From Planctomycetota bacterium (GTDB lineage Bacteria; Planctomycetota; UBA1135), in NCBI GenBank assembly GCA_045047305.1, contig JASFYO010000037.1:1-39884 (forward strand): a stretch of 39,884 nt of DNA, in the 5' to 3' direction. The notes below the pieces were generated by a model. That model did no database searches. It was not told the DNA's origin and saw nothing but the letters and a program-made list of their open reading frames with translations. The position numbers and the translations under genes were made by a program. Shown here one piece after another: positions 17,180 to 25,343 of the stretch. How positions within the stretch are numbered: position 1 is the stretch's first letter; every line of letters starts with the position of its first letter.

Positions 17180-18797
17180 CGGGCAAGATTCTACCCTGCA
17201 ATGCGGCCTCAGGATAGCCGCGTTGCAATAACTCCGCATGAATGGCATCGGCCTCGCTGAATCGATCAAGCGAGTCCAACTCCAGGATCATGTCCCGACG
17301 CACATCCAAATATCGAGGATCTTTCGGACTCACTTGCCTCCAGGACGCCACGGCATCCTCTGAGCGGCCCATGAGAGACTGGTGCCGCCCGAGCTGAAAG
17401 AGGACTTCACCGAAGCCAGGGCGCTGCTCTAGCACCTTCAGGAGGCCCTTCTCGAAGCCCTCGACGTCGCCTTGAAAGAGATTGTTCCAAGCAAACACGA
17501 AGGAGTCTCTGGGATCAGAAATCAATCCGTAGGACTCCATGAAACGGGCGGCGGTCACCGCATCGGATGAAAATTCACGAATAAAGTCGGGCGCAGGTAG
17601 TGGAGCTTGGCCCTGGAGCCACGCATTGCGAAAGCCAATGGTCTTATCAAAGGCTTCATCTCGGTCCAGCGCGTGCAACTGAATCCAACCAGAATGCAAA
17701 ACAAGAAGTAAAACGCCGCTCACCATAAGCACTTTGAAAACACCATGCCGTAGCCACTTCCCCTGATGCCGCCAAGCCTTCGGTCCCGGGCGGTAATTCT
17801 GGCTAGTGAAAGCCCGCTTTAACTGCAAAGCGAAAATAGAGGTAACCATGCCAATGGCCAAGGCCAGTAAAAACGAAACCTTCCCATACAAACCGGTGGT
17901 AGCGAAAAATCCGAATGCAAAAAACACCGTTAGAAATATTTCTTCTGGCCAGGTTGGGATACCAACCTGGGATTCCTTGCCCTTGGCTCTACGCTTCTTG
18001 AAAGATGCCGGGACGCCAAAGGAATATTGCAAGGCATCGTTGGGACATGCCTCGATGCAATCCATAGTCTTCATGCAGTCGGTCGAAATCACCATGCCAA
18101 AGTCGCGCACCTCTTCATGCACCCGCACCGAACTACTGCACACAGCAGTGCACTTCCCACATTGGCGACAAGCATCCGTCACTCGAATGCTGCCCGGGGA
18201 AAAGGCATCGGCCACAGAAAGAACAGCACCATACGGACAAGCAAAAGTACAGAATGCCTTAGGTCCCATCACTTGAACCACATACAACCCCGCCAGAAAA
18301 AAGGTTAGAAGACCATCCCATAAACCAGGGAAAGTTTGCCAAAAAGCGGTGGTCGTCATATTGACTTCCGAGAATCCTGGATGCGGGATATGGTTCTGCA
18401 TCCGAAAGAAATACGGCCATAGAAACATGTACACGAAAGCAGCAATGGGAACCAAGCGCAACAATCGCGGGCGAAAAGGGCGCACCGGGATATGCATCCG
18501 TTTTAGTAACCATCTGTAACCATCCTGCATGCCAAGCAAGTGACAGCCCCAACCACAGAAGAAACGCCCGAAGATGAGGGTCGCCAAAATTGCGAGGGCG
18601 AACAAAATAAAACCAGGGTTTACAATTCCCTCTTTAGCAAAGGCCATCGCCTCGGATGGCTCCAATGGTGCCAAGGTTCTGCCAAAGAAAATCCACCAAA
18701 GGACATGCAACAGGATGAACACCTGAACCCCAAGCAAAACCCATGCACGACGTTTCCCCATCCGCGCTGGTTGAAAGTTTTTTTGCGTTTTCGCCAT
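17157..18797 (-). CDS. Membrane 4Fe-4S binding protein (NapH/MauN/YccM-like) with C-terminal TPR-like region
   Basis: Contains GRFFCGWGC, FCTFACPYG, CRQCGKCTAVC and CMKTMDCIEACP. Multiple TM helices and a TPR-like tail. Confidence 0.85.
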   Translation of the reverse strand: MAKTQKNFQPARMGKRRAWVLLGVQVFILLHVLWWIFFGRTLAPLEPSEAMAFAKEGIVNPGFILFALAILATLIFGRFFCGWGCHLLGMQDGYRWLLKRMHIPVRPFRPRLLRLVPIAAFVYMFLWPYFFRMQNHIPHPGFSEVNMTTTAFWQTFPGLWDGLLTFFLAGLYVVQVMGPKAFCTFACPYGAVLSVADAFSPGSIRVTDACRQCGKCTAVCSSSVRVHEEVRDFGMVISTDCMKTMDCIEACPNDALQYSFGVPASFKKRRAKGKESQVGIPTWPEEIFLTVFFAFGFFATTGLYGKVSFLLALAIGMVTSIFALQLKRAFTSQNYRPGPKAWRHQGKWLRHGVFKVLMVSGVLLLVLHSGWIQLHALDRDEAFDKTIGFRNAWLQGQAPLPAPDFIREFSSDAVTAARFMESYGLISDPRDSFVFAWNNLFQGDVEGFEKGLLKVLEQRPGFGEVLFQLGRHQSLMGRSEDAVASWRQVSPKDPRYLDVRRDMILELDSLDRFSEADAIHAELLQRGYPEAALQGRILPDENGHSR

Positions 18798-18853
18798 GAG
18801 GTTGGACTTCTAACGAACCCAAGGAATAGGTTAACGTCTGAGCTTGTTGGAAC

Positions 18854-18888
18854 AAAAAAAGAAGGCCTGGGCAATCAAGCCCAGGCCT
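18854..18888 (-). terminator. Rho-independent terminator
   Basis: The minus strand reads AGGCCTGGGC-ttgatt-GCCCAGGCCT followed by TCTTTTTTT, about 20 nt after the stop at 18908. Confidence 0.9.
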
Positions 18889-18907
18889 GGAACAGGTCTT
18901 TGGAGAC

Positions 18908-20134
18908 TTACTGTGGGACGTCAGCGCTGACGAACAACAAAGACGAGCCAGCACCTGGCTTGAACAGGATCACACCTAGGTGGGCGGCAACAGGTGCCGT
19001 ATCCGAGTGGATGTGGAAGCTGTACGAGGTACCCCAGCGCAAAGCATTGGCATTCTCGTTAGCACTGCATGCGCCACCAACCCATGCTTGTACACGTTGG
19101 GTGGTGCCTGGATAAAGGCCATCGTAGGAAAACCAGTCGGTGTTATCGTAAACTTCACCACTATGGTACTCAGGGTCCACAAAGGATCCATTGCTCAAGA
19201 CGGTGCTGCTACTGACAGGAATCGCGATGGCGCGAGCACTGCGGTCGGAGTCACGGTTGTAAAGGGTGTAGTCGTAATCCCAACCACCACCGGCTGCAGC
19301 AGTTGCCTTGTATGCAAGGTACATGCTGCCATCATTTGGCACTGGAATCTCAACAATCGTCACCGAAGGATCCGCGACTTGCCACGCCACGATGGCTGAA
19401 TCTTCGCGCATCGTCGAACCAACAAAGTTCATGTTGTAAGGAGGGTTCGCACCACTGATGCTGACCTCGCGGTAGCTCACGTTGTTGAAACCATGGCCAA
19501 GTAATGCGCTGTCATCGTTAGTGACATACTGCGACTCGGCGAAATAACGAGCACCAGCATTCAGGGCTGGGTCCACATCTACATTGTCTACTACAACCCG
19601 ACGGGCGAGTGGGCCACTCGTCGATCCACCGAGGACTGGTGGATAAGGGAAGAAGCCAGTGTAGGCATTCACTTCTGAGCGAGCGGCCAAGTCACTTTGG
19701 AATCCGTTGAGCCACGCGCTATACGGATCCGAACAACCTGGGCTGAGGTGGTTGCCGCCAGAGCCAGTACAGGTGTTACATACGGAACCCGTAAGAGCAG
19801 TGAAACCGTGTTTCAGCCAGCTCATGCCAAGCATTTCAAAACGGCCGTCCTTTAAACGATAAAGGTTGCTGCCAATAACCGGATGGTCAGGGGTAGATGC
19901 AACCCAACTTAGGTTGGCATTGCCAATATTGCAGGATGTGGTGCCAAAACTGTAGGCGCTTTGACCATTCTGGGTTCCGTTCTCAGCGAGATCATGGATA
20001 TCACCGACGATGACATCTGGGAAGCCAGCGACAAGTGAAGACGGGCCTGGAGAGGCCTGAAGGTTATGGCCAAAAATGGCGAGACAGGTGCCGCCAATTA
20101 GGGCAACGGGGAGAAGGAATCGAGTCTGCAACAT
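18908..20134 (-). CDS. Secreted Cys-containing hypothetical protein
   Basis: Signal peptide, 408-aa ORF with its own terminator. Motifs include PDVIVGD, GTTSCNIG, HPVI, SWLKHGF and GCSDPY. Confidence 0.8.
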   Translation of the reverse strand: MLQTRFLLPVALIGGTCLAIFGHNLQASPGPSSLVAGFPDVIVGDIHDLAENGTQNGQSAYSFGTTSCNIGNANLSWVASTPDHPVIGSNLYRLKDGRFEMLGMSWLKHGFTALTGSVCNTCTGSGGNHLSPGCSDPYSAWLNGFQSDLAARSEVNAYTGFFPYPPVLGGSTSGPLARRVVVDNVDVDPALNAGARYFAESQYVTNDDSALLGHGFNNVSYREVSISGANPPYNMNFVGSTMREDSAIVAWQVADPSVTIVEIPVPNDGSMYLAYKATAAAGGGWDYDYTLYNRDSDRSARAIAIPVSSSTVLSNGSFVDPEYHSGEVYDNTDWFSYDGLYPGTTQRVQAWVGGACSANENANALRWGTSYSFHIHSDTAPVAAHLGVILFKPGAGSSLLFVSADVPQ

Positions 20135-20254
20135 GGTGCTATGAAAAGGGAGAGCGAACAGGGCCGGTTAGGAGCCTGGAGAATCGTAAGGGGACACCCT
20201 AAGGTACAACAGGAACCCAGCCCGCACACACAAAAAGCCCTATTTATTAGCCAT

Positions 20255-20527
20255 TTAGACGGTTTTGTCTATTTTTGCAAGCATCCGGTCTGCGCCCTTC
20301 TTGCGTTTAAACACAGCTTCTGCTTGCTGGGCTTCACTCCGATTTGGAAACATTCCAAGAACTGTATGCAGCTTCCAGGGCCGGCCTCGACGGGTGGCTT
20401 TGGCCCCACCAAGCTGTTCACCATTGTGTTGCCGCAACCTTCGATCCACGTCTAACGTCACCCCGACATAGGTGCGTTCCTCCACCGTGGAGATCAATAG
20501 ATAAAGACTCCAAGGCGTTTCAGGCAT
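20255..20527 (-). CDS. GIY-YIG nuclease, SLX1-like
   Basis: LYLL...TYVGVT.DVDRRLRQHNGE..GGAKAT..GRPW...A.QAE. Start is 20527 or 20542. Confidence 0.9.
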   Translation of the reverse strand: MPETPWSLYLLISTVEERTYVGVTLDVDRRLRQHNGEQLGGAKATRRGRPWKLHTVLGMFPNRSEAQQAEAVFKRKKGADRMLAKIDKTV

Positions 20528-22976
20528 AGCCCTTAGACTCATTAGTGAAGGCCGTTTTGGAATTTGAGACTTGCCTGGCGACGGGGAAATAGAGCTTTAC
20601 TGCAGTTCCCTTGCCAACACTAGATTCCACCGCGATGGCCCCACTGTGACCGTGCACAATTCCAAGCACCCCCGAGAGACCTAAACCGCGGGAGCCTGGA
20701 CGACGGGTGAAAAATGGCTCAAAGTTTTGCCGCACTTCCTGCTCCGGGATGCCCACTCCATCGTCAGTAATATAAATTTCAACCAAGTCGCCTTGAGTCG
20801 GCCCCAAAGCCAAAAAGGACTCCATAAAATCAGGTTCTGATGCGCGCACCAAACGCGCACCAACCCAAACTTCCCCACGCTTTTCACCAAGCGCCTGGGC
20901 AGCATTTTGAACCAAGTTCACAATGGCTTGACGAACCTGCGCGAGATCCAGGAGTACTGGAGGTAGGGATTCTTCAAAACTAGTGCGTAAACGAATGTGA
21001 CGCGGCAGAGTTAACTCTAAAAGTCTTCGTATGTCTAAGACAAAAGGCTTTACCTCTGTCAGCGCCTTTTCGCCCGTACCAAATCCAGAATACACGAACA
21101 ATTGTCGGCACAACTCAGAAGCTTCGCGCGCAATTCGAATCGCGCGGTCCAGAGCTTCTACCGCATGGCTTGGATCCTTCATCAAATCCTGGCGAGCCAT
21201 ATCGGCATGCCCAAGAATGCCGCACAAGCGGTTGTTGAACTCGTGCGCGATTTTCCCTGAAAGTAGGCTGAGACTATCGAGCTTTTGCGTTTGTAAAACT
21301 TGAGTTTCGAGTGCAATCCTTTCTTCCGAGTCAATGCGGTATTGGGTGATATCAGTGCAGACAGAAAAGAATCCGCGCACCTTACCGGTCGCGTCAATAT
21401 CGGGAAGTAAAGAACGGTCCAGGTCGTGAATTTCACCATCCGGCATCCGCATCACTTCAAGAAAACTCACCGGAATCCCAGAACAAACTTTTTCAAGATT
21501 AGGGAAAATACGTTCCCAGTCTTCGGGCGTCACCATTTCGGAAACGTGAAGCGGCAACTGAGTATCCGATAAATGGTTTGAAGTGAAAAAGGCTGGGTTC
21601 CCGTAAAGGCATTCCATCTGCACGGAGTAGTAGGAAATGGCTTGAGGAATAACCTCGGCCACGGTTTGAAAACGTTGCTCGCTCTGCTGGAGTTTTATTT
21701 TCGCAGCCTCACGATCAGTAACGTCCTCCACCATAGCGGCCATCCCTACCACTCGATTACGCTCATCGAAAATAGGAGAGCCGTACCAATCACAAAGAAT
21801 GGTCTCTCCGGACGCTGTCAGATTATGGCTGGTGGTCCGTACTCCTTTTTCTCCCCCGAGCACTTGCAACCACTGATCAGAAACCCTAATCCGATCTTCT
21901 ACTGGTACTAGCAGGGTCATTCCCGAAGCGCCTACAGCAACATCTTGACTGTATCCAAATATATCCTCTGCCTTCCGACTCCATACACGAATATGAAAAT
22001 TCAAATCCCATTCTACTAAAGCCAGCGGCGAGTTGCGCACAAGCAATTCCAAGCGATTTCGCGCGGCAGAAATATTCCGTGAGAGTGCAACCGCTCGGGC
22101 ATTTAGGACCGAAAGAGTGATTCCACCCAGGGCGCAAAGATTGAGCATAAACCACCAGAGCACACGCAAGTCACCCTCAGCTATGCGCGAGATAATTGAA
22201 CTCTGATTCAAAGCCGCAAAACTTGCCGCACCCAAAACAAAAACAGATAGGTGGGTCGTCAGAAAAATCCCACACCGAGAACCAGACCACACAAGAAAAA
22301 ATCCAGCAAGCAAACCAAGCCAAATAGGCGCCGGTACCAAACCAAAAAAATCTGAAAAGCAAAATAAGGATATGTCAATCGTGCAAGCGGTCACGATCAA
22401 ACCTTCCACCTTATTCGGCCCCCAAATCTCCTTGGGTCGTAAATTCCACGCGCCAATCATTGGTGCAAGCACCACAAAGCCGATGACCGAGCGCAGCCAC
22501 CAGCGGAAAAAAATCCAGGCCAATTTCGATACAGGAATAACGCCAAAACCAGCACTGACCGTAATTGCAAAAGTCCCCAAAGAAGCGCCTACGATTGGCG
22601 CAATCAGGGCCACTTGCCAGCCACGCCTCATTTGCTGGATAGTGTGAAATCCTTGACTCCAATCCATAGAGTAACGAAGGAGATAGCCGCCTAGAAGAAT
22701 TTCTCCGGCCTCGCCGGCAGCAAAAATAAATCCAACGGGATTCATTGGATTTAGAAATCCAACTTGGAAAATGACAGCTGACAATAAAATCGCCCACCAA
22801 ACTCTCAACCCCCAAAGGGCTAGAAATGCGGACCCAACGCCAATCGCAGGCCAACCCAGAGCAACAAAATCTTGACTTTGATAAAAGTGAAACCCGAGCA
22901 GCCCAAGTGCAAAATGGCTGAGGCCAGCCACCAGGTATTGCCAAAAGACGGCAGTGTTTTCAGTTTTCTTGGACAC
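20520..22976 (-). CDS. MASE1-PAS-PAS sensor histidine kinase
   Basis: N-terminal multi-TM region (GWPAIGVG), two PAS domains, H-box IAHEFNN, N-box NLVQNA, then DDGVG, FEPFFT and GLGL. No receiver domain. Confidence 0.92.
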   Translation of the reverse strand: MSKKTENTAVFWQYLVAGLSHFALGLLGFHFYQSQDFVALGWPAIGVGSAFLALWGLRVWWAILLSAVIFQVGFLNPMNPVGFIFAAGEAGEILLGGYLLRYSMDWSQGFHTIQQMRRGWQVALIAPIVGASLGTFAITVSAGFGVIPVSKLAWIFFRWWLRSVIGFVVLAPMIGAWNLRPKEIWGPNKVEGLIVTACTIDISLFCFSDFFGLVPAPIWLGLLAGFFLVWSGSRCGIFLTTHLSVFVLGAASFAALNQSSIISRIAEGDLRVLWWFMLNLCALGGITLSVLNARAVALSRNISAARNRLELLVRNSPLALVEWDLNFHIRVWSRKAEDIFGYSQDVAVGASGMTLLVPVEDRIRVSDQWLQVLGGEKGVRTTSHNLTASGETILCDWYGSPIFDERNRVVGMAAMVEDVTDREAAKIKLQQSEQRFQTVAEVIPQAISYYSVQMECLYGNPAFFTSNHLSDTQLPLHVSEMVTPEDWERIFPNLEKVCSGIPVSFLEVMRMPDGEIHDLDRSLLPDIDATGKVRGFFSVCTDITQYRIDSEERIALETQVLQTQKLDSLSLLSGKIAHEFNNRLCGILGHADMARQDLMKDPSHAVEALDRAIRIAREASELCRQLFVYSGFGTGEKALTEVKPFVLDIRRLLELTLPRHIRLRTSFEESLPPVLLDLAQVRQAIVNLVQNAAQALGEKRGEVWVGARLVRASEPDFMESFLALGPTQGDLVEIYITDDGVGIPEQEVRQNFEPFFTRRPGSRGLGLSGVLGIVHGHSGAIAVESSVGKGTAVKLYFPVARQVSNSKTAFTNESKGYA

Positions 22977-23001
22977 TTAAGAACAGTCTATCATCTGACC
23001 G

Positions 23002-23030
23002 TTGGGCTTTCGCCTGCTCAACGCTAGACT
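23002..23030 (+). promoter_or_regulatory. Putative sigma70 promoter for tRNA-Arg
   Basis: TTGGGC-N17-TAGACT, 11 nt upstream of the tRNA. Confidence 0.5.
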
Positions 23031-23041
23031 GCCCCACAGCC

Positions 23042-23118
23042 GCGCCCGTAGCTCAGCTGGATAGAGCATCGGACTTCTAATCCGACGGTCGGGGGTTCGA
23101 ATCCTCCCGGGCGCGCCA
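23042..23118 (+). tRNA. tRNA-Arg(UCU)
   Basis: Acceptor stem GCGCCCG/CGGGCGC, anticodon arm TCGGA-CTTCTAA-TCCGA, GGTTCGAAT T-loop and encoded CCA. Confidence 0.97.
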
Positions 23119-23131
23119 TTTCCCTGGCATC

Positions 23132-24037
23132 ATGCAGCAATCCTTCGACCAACGGAATCGTGATCTCCTCATCAACATCAACGGTGAGCTCCTGCATCGC
23201 GATGTCGCTGGCATCAGTCCATTTGACTCCGCCGTACAGGGCGGGGATGCGGTATGGGAAGGCCTTCGCGTTTACTGCGGACGTATTTTTCGCCTAGACA
23301 CCCACCTCGACCGCCTATTTCATTCCGCCAGAGCTTTAGGCTTCCTCGAGGTGCCCAGCCGCGCATCCATCAAGCATGAAATCAAGCGCACCTTGAAAGC
23401 TAATCAAATGCGCGATGGCTGCCATATCCGCCTGACTCTGTCCCGTGGGAAAAAATTGACGTCGGGGATGGATCCGCGGCTGAACACCGAGGGCCCCACC
23501 CTTATCGTGCTAGCCGAATGGAAGGCTCCGGTTTATGCCACCGATGGATTACGCTTGATCACTAGCAGCGTACGACGTTTTGCCCCTGACATGATGGACC
23601 CCAAAATCCACCATGCCAATCTTATCCAGTCCATCATGGCCAAGCTGGAAGCGAATCAAGCTGGTGCCGACGACGCCCTGATGTTGGATGCCCAAGGTTT
23701 CGTTGCTGAGACCAACGCAACCCACATTTTCTTAGTGAAAGATGGTGCAATTTTCACCCCCTTCACCAAAGCATGTCCCGAGGGCGTCACCCGCGACTCG
23801 GTACTGAAATTATGTGCCCAACACGGTATTCCGGCCACTGTCGCCGACCTCTCGCGTACCCAATTCTTCGCCGCGGATGAGATGTTCTGCACCGGCACCA
23901 TGGGGGAACTTGCTGCCGTGGTGGAGCTCGATGGCCGCTGCATTGGAGATGGCGAGCCTGGGGCCATGACTGCACGTCTTTCCGAGCTATTCCAGGACTT
24001 CGTAGCCAATCACGGTGACGAAATCCTAGTCGACTGA
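23132..24037 (+). CDS. Aminotransferase class IV (IlvE/Dat-like)
   Basis: Contains FDSAVQGGDAVWEGLRVY, HLDRL, KIHHANL (PLP Lys), GVTR and ADEMFCTGT. Confidence 0.92.
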   Translation: MQQSFDQRNRDLLININGELLHRDVAGISPFDSAVQGGDAVWEGLRVYCGRIFRLDTHLDRLFHSARALGFLEVPSRASIKHEIKRTLKANQMRDGCHIRLTLSRGKKLTSGMDPRLNTEGPTLIVLAEWKAPVYATDGLRLITSSVRRFAPDMMDPKIHHANLIQSIMAKLEANQAGADDALMLDAQGFVAETNATHIFLVKDGAIFTPFTKACPEGVTRDSVLKLCAQHGIPATVADLSRTQFFAADEMFCTGTMGELAAVVELDGRCIGDGEPGAMTARLSELFQDFVANHGDEILVD

Positions 24038-24040
24038 GTC

Positions 24041-24069
24041 TTTTCAATCACCGCCGGGGCAGCTAAACT
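24041..24069 (+). promoter_or_regulatory. Putative sigma70 promoter for tRNA-His/tRNA-Leu
   Basis: TTTTCA-N17-TAAACT upstream of tRNA-His. Confidence 0.4.
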
Positions 24070-24085
24070 CTTCGGCTTGCTGAAT

Positions 24086-24163
24086 GGTGGATGTAGCTCA
24101 GTTGGTTAGAGCATCGGTTTGTGGTACCGAAGGTCGCGGGTTCGAGCCCCGTTATCCACCCCA
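24086..24163 (+). tRNA. tRNA-His(GUG)
   Basis: Encoded G-1 pairing with C73, anticodon arm TCGGT-TTGTGGT-ACCGA, and a CCA end. Confidence 0.97.
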
Positions 24164-24176
24164 GCAAACTTCACTT

Positions 24177-24261
24177 GCGAGAGTGGCGGAATTGGCAGAC
24201 GCGCTAGATTTAGGATCTAGTGTCTTAGGACGTGGGGGTTCAAGTCCCCCCTCTCGCACCA
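24177..24261 (+). tRNA. tRNA-Leu(UAG)
   Basis: Acceptor stem GCGAGAG/CTCTCGC, anticodon arm CTAGA-TTTAGGA-TCTAG, long variable arm and CCA. Confidence 0.97.
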
Positions 24262-24272
24262 AGTGACCATCG

Positions 24273-25292
24273 ATGGATGATTCCCGCTATGCACGCCAAG
24301 AGCGTCTCCCCCAAATCGGGGCATCGGGGCAGCAAGCCCTGCGCGATCAAACTGTAGGCGTCATCGGCCTTGGAGCTTTGGGCTCAGTTGGGGCCGACCT
24401 GCTCGCACGCGCCGGCGTTGGACGCCTGCTGTTAATCGACCGCGACATTGTGGAGACTTCCAATCTTCAACGCCAAACTTTGTACACCGACGCGGATGCA
24501 CAGCTAGGTTTGCCTAAGGCCGTCGCGGCGCAACAACGCTTAGCGCAAGTCAATCCTGAGATCGACTTGGAAGTCCATGCCGTCGACCTTACCGCGGAAA
24601 ACATTCAAGGCATTTTGGCGCAAACCGATTTGATTTTAGATGGCACCGATAACTTTGCTACGCGTTATTTGCTCAATGACTACGCGGTCTCCCATCAAAC
24701 TCCATACATTTATGCTGGTGTGGTCGGGACCTATGGCATGTTCGGCGCGATTCTCCCGCAAGGACCATGCTTGCGTTGCACTTGGCCGGAACCGCCGGAC
24801 GCTGCGGAATCACCAACTTGTCGCTCGGCCGGAGTGTTGGGCCCAGCTGTCTCCGTAATTGCTGGATGGGCGGCAGCGGAAGCAATCAAATTTATGGTTG
24901 GCAAAGCGGAGGAAGTGCATCAGGGTTATCGCTACCTAGATGTCTGGCAAGGAACGCATCAAGCGATTCGTGCCAAGCTGAATCCCGATTGCCCGTGTTG
25001 TGTTAAAAAAGAATATCCGTGGCTATCCGGTAGTCGCGGAACTTTGGCTGCGCAAGTCATCTGCAGTGGTGGTGCAGTGCAAGTTCCAGGGATTGGCCAG
25101 CCTAGTGATTTGCCCGCCTTAGCCGCACGGCTGGAGGGATCGGTGCAAAATCTAATACTGGCCGACGCCTTCCTCCGCTTTTCCTTTGAGCAACTAGATA
25201 TCCTCCACTTTTCTGACGGACGCTCCTTGGTCCGAGGCACCGAAGACCCTGCCCGCGCACGTGCCATCCTCACGCGCACTTTAGGCGGATAA
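24273..25292 (+). CDS. ThiF/MoeB family adenylyltransferase (E1-like)
   Basis: Contains RYARQ, GLGALGS, DRDIVETSNLQRQ, DGTDNF and CLRC...CPCC zinc ligands. Long C-terminal form. Confidence 0.93.
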   Translation: MDDSRYARQERLPQIGASGQQALRDQTVGVIGLGALGSVGADLLARAGVGRLLLIDRDIVETSNLQRQTLYTDADAQLGLPKAVAAQQRLAQVNPEIDLEVHAVDLTAENIQGILAQTDLILDGTDNFATRYLLNDYAVSHQTPYIYAGVVGTYGMFGAILPQGPCLRCTWPEPPDAAESPTCRSAGVLGPAVSVIAGWAAAEAIKFMVGKAEEVHQGYRYLDVWQGTHQAIRAKLNPDCPCCVKKEYPWLSGSRGTLAAQVICSGGAVQVPGIGQPSDLPALAARLEGSVQNLILADAFLRFSFEQLDILHFSDGRSLVRGTEDPARARAILTRTLGG

Positions 25293-25343
25293 TTTCCTTT
25301 AGCATTAAGCGTAGAGGAAACGGTCACCTCCGCTTAAACTTCG

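Noticed and set aside
20255..20542. GIY-YIG as a homing endonuclease or mobile intron
   Set aside because: Only the ~90-aa catalytic domain is present, with no DNA-binding extension and no interrupted host gene.
23042..24261. tRNA genes as possible integration sites of a genomic island
   Set aside because: No integrase or transposase, no duplicated tRNA 3' end seen, and no obvious compositional break.
24084..24266. 60-aa ORF MVDVAQLVRAS...
   Set aside because: It is the translation of the tRNA-His and tRNA-Leu genes.
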